64,000 nucleotides of DNA from Desulfosudaceae bacterium (GTDB lineage: Bacteria > Desulfobacterota > Desulfobacteria > Desulfobacterales > Desulfosudaceae): the NCBI GenBank assembly GCA_963674745.2, contig CAXXDV010000003.1, positions 128,001 through 192,000 on the forward strand, given 5' to 3'. Numbering within the stretch: the first letter of the stretch is position 1; the number at the start of each line of letters is the position of its first letter. This document shows, one piece after another, positions 58,701-64,000 of the stretch. The position numbers and the translations under genes were made by a program. The notes beneath the pieces were generated by a model, which searched no databases, was not told the DNA's origin, and saw only the letters and a program-made list of their open reading frames with translations.

Positions 58701-60803
58701 ATGACTTCTGAAGATCCAGGTGTTCGTGAATTTTTGTCACAGCAATCAGTCCGGCAGGTAATCAGCGACGTCAGTTCGGAAATGGCGGCCCGTCGCAAGT
58801 TCATTCCGCCATTGTGCGACGCCTTCACCGGGACATGTACAGCCGTTCACAATGTTCCGGGTTTTAAGTTCACGATAGACAAGGAGGCGGAACGGCAGTT
58901 GCCGGACATTATTAATAATATGGTGCAGCAGATTTACCTTGAAGATTCGCTGACCGATGATTTTAAGGAAAAGTATTGCGCCCGGCGCAATATTGGTATT
59001 GTTTTTTCCGGCGGTCCTGCGCCGGGAGGCCATAATGTTATTGCCGGGCTATTTGACGCGGCCAAAAAGGCCAATCCGGACACAAAAATATACGGTTTCA
59101 TTCTCGGCCCGGACGGTGTGATTGAGGGAGAGTACGTGGAAATAACGCAAGAGATGGTTGACGCCTATCGCAACCTGGGCGGTTTTTCCATGATTAAAAC
59201 CGGCCGCACTAAAATTGATACCAGGGAAAAAAAGGCCCGGGCACGGGAAACCTGCCGTAAAATGGCACTGGACGCCCTGGTGATTGTGGGCGGTGACGAC
59301 TCCAATACCAATGCCGCTTTTCTGGCCCAGGAACTGTACGAGGACGGTGTCCAGGTGATCGGTGTGCCCAAGACCATTGACGGTGATATCCAGGTCAGGG
59401 ACGACGAAGGCCGCGTGTTGTGCGCCATGTCGTTCGGTTTTCATTCCGCCGCCCGTTCCTTTGCCGGGCAGATCAGCAACCTCTGCACGGACGCCAGTTC
59501 AGACGTCAAGTACTGGCATGTTTGCAAGGTCATGGGCCGGGTGGCCAGTCACCTGGCTCTGGAGGTGGCCTTGCAGGCGCACCCCAATCTGACGTTTATC
59601 GGAGAAGACCTGGCGGATTACGTGGATACCAATCGGTTGAAAAACTCAGAAGGGGAAGGCGCTGTGGACTACAGTGCCTACGGCATGACCCTGCGTCATC
59701 TTTCCCGGGTCATCTGTGACGCCATTGTCAGAAGGGCGGCGGTGGGTAAAAACTACGGGGTGATGGTCATCCCCGAAGGGCTGCTGGAATTCATCAATGA
59801 GATCCAGGTGTTTATTATTAAATTAAACGCCATTATCGCGGAATACAATGCCACCCACGATACCCACTTCCATGATGATTTCCCGCTTCTGGAGGACAAG
59901 CTGGACTATCTGCGCCGTCAGGAAAGGCGTTCGCGCGAGGAAGACGGCTTTACCCTGTGGAATACACGGGACGACGATCTGTTTAATGATATTCCGCCTT
60001 TTTTTCAGGAAGGTTTGCTGCTGGAACGGGACAGTCACGGCAATTTTCCGTTTTCCCAGGTGGTCACGGAAAAAGTGATCATGGGATTGGTGGAGGATTA
60101 TCTTAATACGCTCAAGGAAAAAGGGGAATACCGCATCGGCATTAGAAAAGAGTTCTATGAGGAGACCATGACCAAGGCGGGGCTGGATTCGGCATACTAC
60201 GGGCCGCTGCTGTTTAAAAACTGGACGTCCGATTACCTGCTTTTTAAGAACAGCATCATGTCCCTTAAGACCCTGACCGCGGAATTGATCAAAGGCGGTG
60301 CGATACTGGAAAATGAAGCCGTGCCGCCGGCAGTGGAACTGATTTACAAACATTCCGTCCCCAAATTCAAAACACAGGTTCATTTTTACGGTTATGACGG
60401 ACGGGGAAACGATCCCACCCGCTTTGACTGTACCTATACTTACAATTTGGGTATGACCGTATTCGCGCTGGTGGCCAACGGCGCTACCGGTCAGATGGCC
60501 GCCATCAAGAACCTGGAAAAGGGGTTTGAAAAGTGGGTACCGCTGGGCATTCCCATTGCGCCCATGATGCACTTAGAAGAACGAATGGGAAAACTGTCAC
60601 TGGTTCTGGAAAAGAGCCTGGTCGATATCAACTGCCCGGCATTTCAGGCGGTCAGGGGACTCAGGGAAGAATGGCTGGCCGCTGCACCCGGGGAAGACAG
60701 CTTCAGAACACCTTCACCCATTTCGCTGGATTCGGACAATGAAGAGGACAGACCCCTGACCCTTCTGTTGAATGCCTTGGGGGAATCTCTCGGCAAAAAA
60801 TAA
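58701..60803 (+). CDS. pfp: pyrophosphate-dependent phosphofructokinase (long form)
   Basis: SGGPAPGG, GGDDSNT, PKTIDGD, MGR, FYGYDGR; RBS GGAGG before ATG 58701. Confidence 0.9.
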   Translation: MTSEDPGVREFLSQQSVRQVISDVSSEMAARRKFIPPLCDAFTGTCTAVHNVPGFKFTIDKEAERQLPDIINNMVQQIYLEDSLTDDFKEKYCARRNIGIVFSGGPAPGGHNVIAGLFDAAKKANPDTKIYGFILGPDGVIEGEYVEITQEMVDAYRNLGGFSMIKTGRTKIDTREKKARARETCRKMALDALVIVGGDDSNTNAAFLAQELYEDGVQVIGVPKTIDGDIQVRDDEGRVLCAMSFGFHSAARSFAGQISNLCTDASSDVKYWHVCKVMGRVASHLALEVALQAHPNLTFIGEDLADYVDTNRLKNSEGEGAVDYSAYGMTLRHLSRVICDAIVRRAAVGKNYGVMVIPEGLLEFINEIQVFIIKLNAIIAEYNATHDTHFHDDFPLLEDKLDYLRRQERRSREEDGFTLWNTRDDDLFNDIPPFFQEGLLLERDSHGNFPFSQVVTEKVIMGLVEDYLNTLKEKGEYRIGIRKEFYEETMTKAGLDSAYYGPLLFKNWTSDYLLFKNSIMSLKTLTAELIKGGAILENEAVPPAVELIYKHSVPKFKTQVHFYGYDGRGNDPTRFDCTYTYNLGMTVFALVANGATGQMAAIKNLEKGFEKWVPLGIPIAPMMHLEERMGKLSLVLEKSLVDINCPAFQAVRGLREEWLAAAPGEDSFRTPSPISLDSDNEEDRPLTLLLNALGESLGKK

Positions 60804-60829
60804 AATCGCTTGGATAGGAAGGGGGGGGG

Positions 60830-62683
60830 ATGAATTCGGATAAATCGTTAACGTCATTGGCCCGGGCACTGACCGGTGTGGTCGGAATGGAGGCCTTCCG
60901 GGGATTTAACAAAACGTTTTTCAAGCAGATCGGGTTTGTTAATTTACTTAGAATTCTGGGCAGAACAACGGGCAGGGTGGGGATTCGAAAAACCGTTTCG
61001 GATCTGGCCGGATTTCACATGAGCGATGTGGCCGCCAATTTTTTTCTGTCCATGTGGGAGACCCTCGGCGATCGGGAGGCGGTTGTAGACGGCGACCGGC
61101 GGCTTACTTTTATGGATCTTCGTGACCGTGTCCTGAGGCTGGCCAATGCTTTTCAGGCCTTTGGCGTCAAGCCGGGCGATCGGGTCGGTTGCATGCTGTA
61201 TAACGGTGCTGAATTTTTTGAATGCTTTTACGCTGCCTGCCTGATCGGCACACCTTTTCCGCCGGTCAACTGGCATCTGGATGGTGAGGAGTTAAGGGGA
61301 ACCATCAATCTGCGCGCCCCCCGGGTGTTTATATTCGACAGCGCCTTTACCGACCGGGTCATGGCTTTAAAAGATGATCTCGGCTGTGTTGAGCGGTTTA
61401 TCATGGTCGGCGAAGGCACCCTTCCGCCCGGCGTGGAAAGTTATGAAGACATTATCCGGAGCAGTATGGCCAAAATGCCGGCCCAAACCAGTTTTATCGT
61501 TTCCATCAATCCTTATACAGGCGGCACAACCGGTACGCCCAAAAGCTCCAACCTTTATGACAGTCTCAGCTATCTGTTGAGTGATAAAGTAGAGGCACCA
61601 AGGGCTTCCTTCGCCGACTACCTGAAATATATGATCATGCAGTACAGTTATTTTTATTATTACGGCTGTGACACCATCCGGGATCCCGAATATGGTAATA
61701 TCCGGTCATTGGTCGTTACGCCGTTGTATCATGCCGGTACCGCCGCCGGATATGCGCCCTGTCTGCTGCTGGGCGCGACCGCCGTCATCATGAGAAAATT
61801 CGATCCCGAGGATTATCTGCGGATAATCGAAAAAGAGCGTATTTCCTATGCATTTGCGGTGCCCACGATTCTTCAGCGGATTCTGGCCCTGCCCGAAGAG
61901 GTGAAATCCAGATATAACCTGAGCACCATGCGCACGCTGATCAGTGCTGCGGCTCCCTGCCCGCCGGAGGTGAAGAATGCGATTAATGCGCTGTTCATGA
62001 AACAGGGCGCTGTGCAACCGGTTTTTCATGAATATTACGGCAGTTCCGAAAGCGCCGTGATTACCCTGTTGATACCGGCGGATTACCTGGAAAAGCCTTA
62101 CCGTGTCAACAGCGTCGGCAAAGCCCGTTGCGGGGATATCCTCATCTATGACGATATTAATGAAAAAGTCTGCGCGACGGGGGAAGAAGGGCTGGTCCTG
62201 GGAAGAACCGTCAGCACCATGTCCCTGAGATATCCCGGAACCGAGGAGAAACTGAAAGATAATCGTAAGATGGTCAACGGCCTGGAATGGTATGACGATA
62301 AGCTGATCGGTTATCTCGACAGCGACGGCTTTCTGTTTTTGACCGGCCGGGTCAAGGAAATGATCATTTCCGGCGGTGTCAATATCTTTCCCCTGGAGAT
62401 TGAAAATGTGCTCGTGAATTGTCCTGGGGTTGCCGATGTGGCCGTTATCCGGGGGCCTGACGCGGACCTTGGAGAGGTCCCCCTGGCCTGTGTCCAGTTG
62501 CAGGAGGGCGAATCAAAGACGGCTGATGAAATCCTCGATTTCTGCCGGGAACAGGGATTAAAGGGATTTAAAATTCCCCGGGAGGTTGTGTTTTATGACG
62601 AACTGCCGCGGCATATCGACGGTAAACTCATCAAGCGCAAGCTGGAAGAACCCTTCTGGAAGGATGTTCAACGGCGGGGTTGA
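60830..62683 (+). CDS. long-chain acyl-CoA synthetase (AMP-forming)
   Basis: YTGGTTGTPK, YYGSSE, GRVKEMIISGGVNI, LPR..GK. Confidence 0.92.
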   Translation: MNSDKSLTSLARALTGVVGMEAFRGFNKTFFKQIGFVNLLRILGRTTGRVGIRKTVSDLAGFHMSDVAANFFLSMWETLGDREAVVDGDRRLTFMDLRDRVLRLANAFQAFGVKPGDRVGCMLYNGAEFFECFYAACLIGTPFPPVNWHLDGEELRGTINLRAPRVFIFDSAFTDRVMALKDDLGCVERFIMVGEGTLPPGVESYEDIIRSSMAKMPAQTSFIVSINPYTGGTTGTPKSSNLYDSLSYLLSDKVEAPRASFADYLKYMIMQYSYFYYYGCDTIRDPEYGNIRSLVVTPLYHAGTAAGYAPCLLLGATAVIMRKFDPEDYLRIIEKERISYAFAVPTILQRILALPEEVKSRYNLSTMRTLISAAAPCPPEVKNAINALFMKQGAVQPVFHEYYGSSESAVITLLIPADYLEKPYRVNSVGKARCGDILIYDDINEKVCATGEEGLVLGRTVSTMSLRYPGTEEKLKDNRKMVNGLEWYDDKLIGYLDSDGFLFLTGRVKEMIISGGVNIFPLEIENVLVNCPGVADVAVIRGPDADLGEVPLACVQLQEGESKTADEILDFCREQGLKGFKIPREVVFYDELPRHIDGKLIKRKLEEPFWKDVQRRG

Positions 62684-62690
62684 CCCCGCC

Positions 62691-62903
62691 TTATCTGGCA
62701 TCTTCCAGGCCCTGGGTGGCCTTTTTGAGCCGGTCCTGAAGGTCTTTGGTCTGTTTATCGACTTCCCGAACAGTATCTTTGGCTTTGTGTACGGTATCCA
62801 TCCGCTGCACCCCTTCATCCACTTCGGTGGTCATGTTTTTTACCACCAGCAGGCCGACAATCAGCAAAGCAATCAGGGTAACGATTAAAAAAGCGCCGCG
62901 CAT
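62691..62903 (-). CDS. small single-TM coiled-coil hypothetical protein
   Basis: RBS AAGGAG; MRGAFLIVTLIALLIVGLLVVK. Confidence 0.7.
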   Translation of the reverse strand: MRGAFLIVTLIALLIVGLLVVKNMTTEVDEGVQRMDTVHKAKDTVREVDKQTKDLQDRLKKATQGLEDAR

Positions 62904-62940
62904 TCTAGTCTCCTTTTTTTTCAGTAGGGTTTGATTCGCG

Positions 62941-64000
62941 TCATGACATGTCCGCGTCAATATGTCTGGTAATAATCGTATATAACTGCTCCATCCGGAA
63001 CGGTTTGGCAATGTAATCGTTCATTCCGGCTGCCAGAAATCTCTCCTTGTCGCCTTTCATGGCGTGGGCGGTCACAGCAATTATCGGAATCCGGTGGTTG
63101 ATAACGTTTGACTCCGGGCTGCGGATAACGTTGGTCGCTTCGATGCCGTCCATTTTGGGCATCTGGGCATCCATTAGTACGATGTCATAAATCGTCGTTT
63201 CAAGGGCATGGATTGCTTCTTTGCCATTGTTGACAATATCCACCTGAAAACCAAGCTTTTCAAGAATTCGGCTGGCCAACAACTGGTTGACGGGATTGTC
63301 TTCAACAATCAGGACGCGGTGGGTGGAATGCTTCTCTCTACGGCTATCGAGGATGGCCTTTTTTCCGGATTGTAAATCGGGATCATATGTTTCGTTCTCA
63401 TTGTAAAGAAGGGATATCAGGCAATTGAATAACTGGGAGCGCTTCAGTGGCTTGGTCAGCGTGGTGGTAAAGTTGTTTTTCTCTGAACCGGCCGGGTTTT
63501 GACGGCCGTAACCGGTTAAATGAACCAGTATGGTTTTGTCGATGAGCGGATCAGATTTGATTTTCTGGGCAACCGGGGTTACGCCCTCTTTGCTTATCCC
63601 GGCATCAATGATGGCCAGGTCAAAGGGCGCTGTCTCTTCGGCGGAACGCCTCAATAAGGATAAAGCCTGCTCCGCTTCGGTCGCGAGCCGGTGCCGACAA
63701 CCCCAGGATGACAGATAGCCTGAAAGGATGGCGCGCTCTTTTTCGTTTTCTGATATAATAAGAATTTTCTTGTCGCGGATATCAGCCGGTAGTGTTAACA
63801 GCCGTTTATCCGGCCCCGGCTGTTTTTCAAAAACGGCCGTAAACCAGAAGGCCGCACCTTTACCTTCCTGGCTTTGAACACCGATCTCACCGCCCATCAT
63901 GCTGACAATCTGTTTGGAAATAACCAGGCCCAGACCGGTCCCCCCGTATTCTCTGGTGGTGGAAGAATCGACCTGGGAAAAAGGTTTGAAAAGACGGTCC
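62941..64000 (-). CDS. hybrid sensor histidine kinase/response regulator (5'-truncated by window edge)
   Basis: FSQVDSSTTREYGGTGLGL HATPase boxes; receiver VLIVEDN..LMDAQMP..KP. Confidence 0.93.
   Translation of the reverse strand, partial: DRLFKPFSQVDSSTTREYGGTGLGLVISKQIVSMMGGEIGVQSQEGKGAAFWFTAVFEKQPGPDKRLLTLPADIRDKKILIISENEKERAILSGYLSSWGCRHRLATEAEQALSLLRRSAEETAPFDLAIIDAGISKEGVTPVAQKIKSDPLIDKTILVHLTGYGRQNPAGSEKNNFTTTLTKPLKRSQLFNCLISLLYNENETYDPDLQSGKKAILDSRREKHSTHRVLIVEDNPVNQLLASRILEKLGFQVDIVNNGKEAIHALETTIYDIVLMDAQMPKMDGIEATNVIRSPESNVINHRIPIIAVTAHAMKGDKERFLAAGMNDYIAKPFRMEQLYTIITRHIDADMS

Noticed and set aside
1..64000. Selenocysteine read-through, tRNA/rRNA genes, intact IS elements
   Set aside because: The redox ORFs appear complete without in-frame TGA, and no RNA gene or transposase was recognised by eye; a covariance search was not possible

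Overview
This is a roughly 50% GC bacterial chromosomal window; the gene content suggests an anaerobic, lipid/hydrocarbon-degrading Desulfobacterales-type deltaproteobacterium (inference). The centrepiece is a co-oriented minus-strand cluster of about 21 kb (24550->3795). It encodes a Tat-exported ethylbenzene-dehydrogenase-family (type II DMSO reductase) molybdoenzyme with subunit order alpha-gamma-beta-delta, most like the putative O2-independent alkane/alkyl-chain hydroxylases. These genes are interleaved with a complete split Rieske/cytochrome b6-type complex (heme ci Cys, APWY Qo motif), an octaheme cytochrome c, a cytoplasmic ferredoxin and a duplicated beta-helix lipoprotein, followed by moeA, an SDR, a paired acyl-CoA dehydrogenase, a CoA ligase and mobB. 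Flanking regions hold cofactor/export helpers (FmdE, two DUF364, tatA, second moeA), lipid-catabolic genes (ceramidase, 2-hydroxyacyl-CoA dehydratase pair, thiolases, acyl-CoA synthetase, FabR), pabA/pabBC, a protease cluster (M50-like, rhomboid, Lon, Hsp20), PPi-PFK and a partial hybrid kinase. Non-coding signals include a FabR operator, an 18-bp motif shared by the hydroxylase and thiolase promoters, a probably leaderless TetR, an 11-bp-phased DnaA-box-like cluster at about 40.3-40.7 kb, dispersed octamer arrays (one pair flanking a decayed four-helix-bundle gene) and a terminator in the pab leader. No rRNA, tRNA, CRISPR array or intact transposase was recognised. All calls come from motif recognition by eye; no searches were run.
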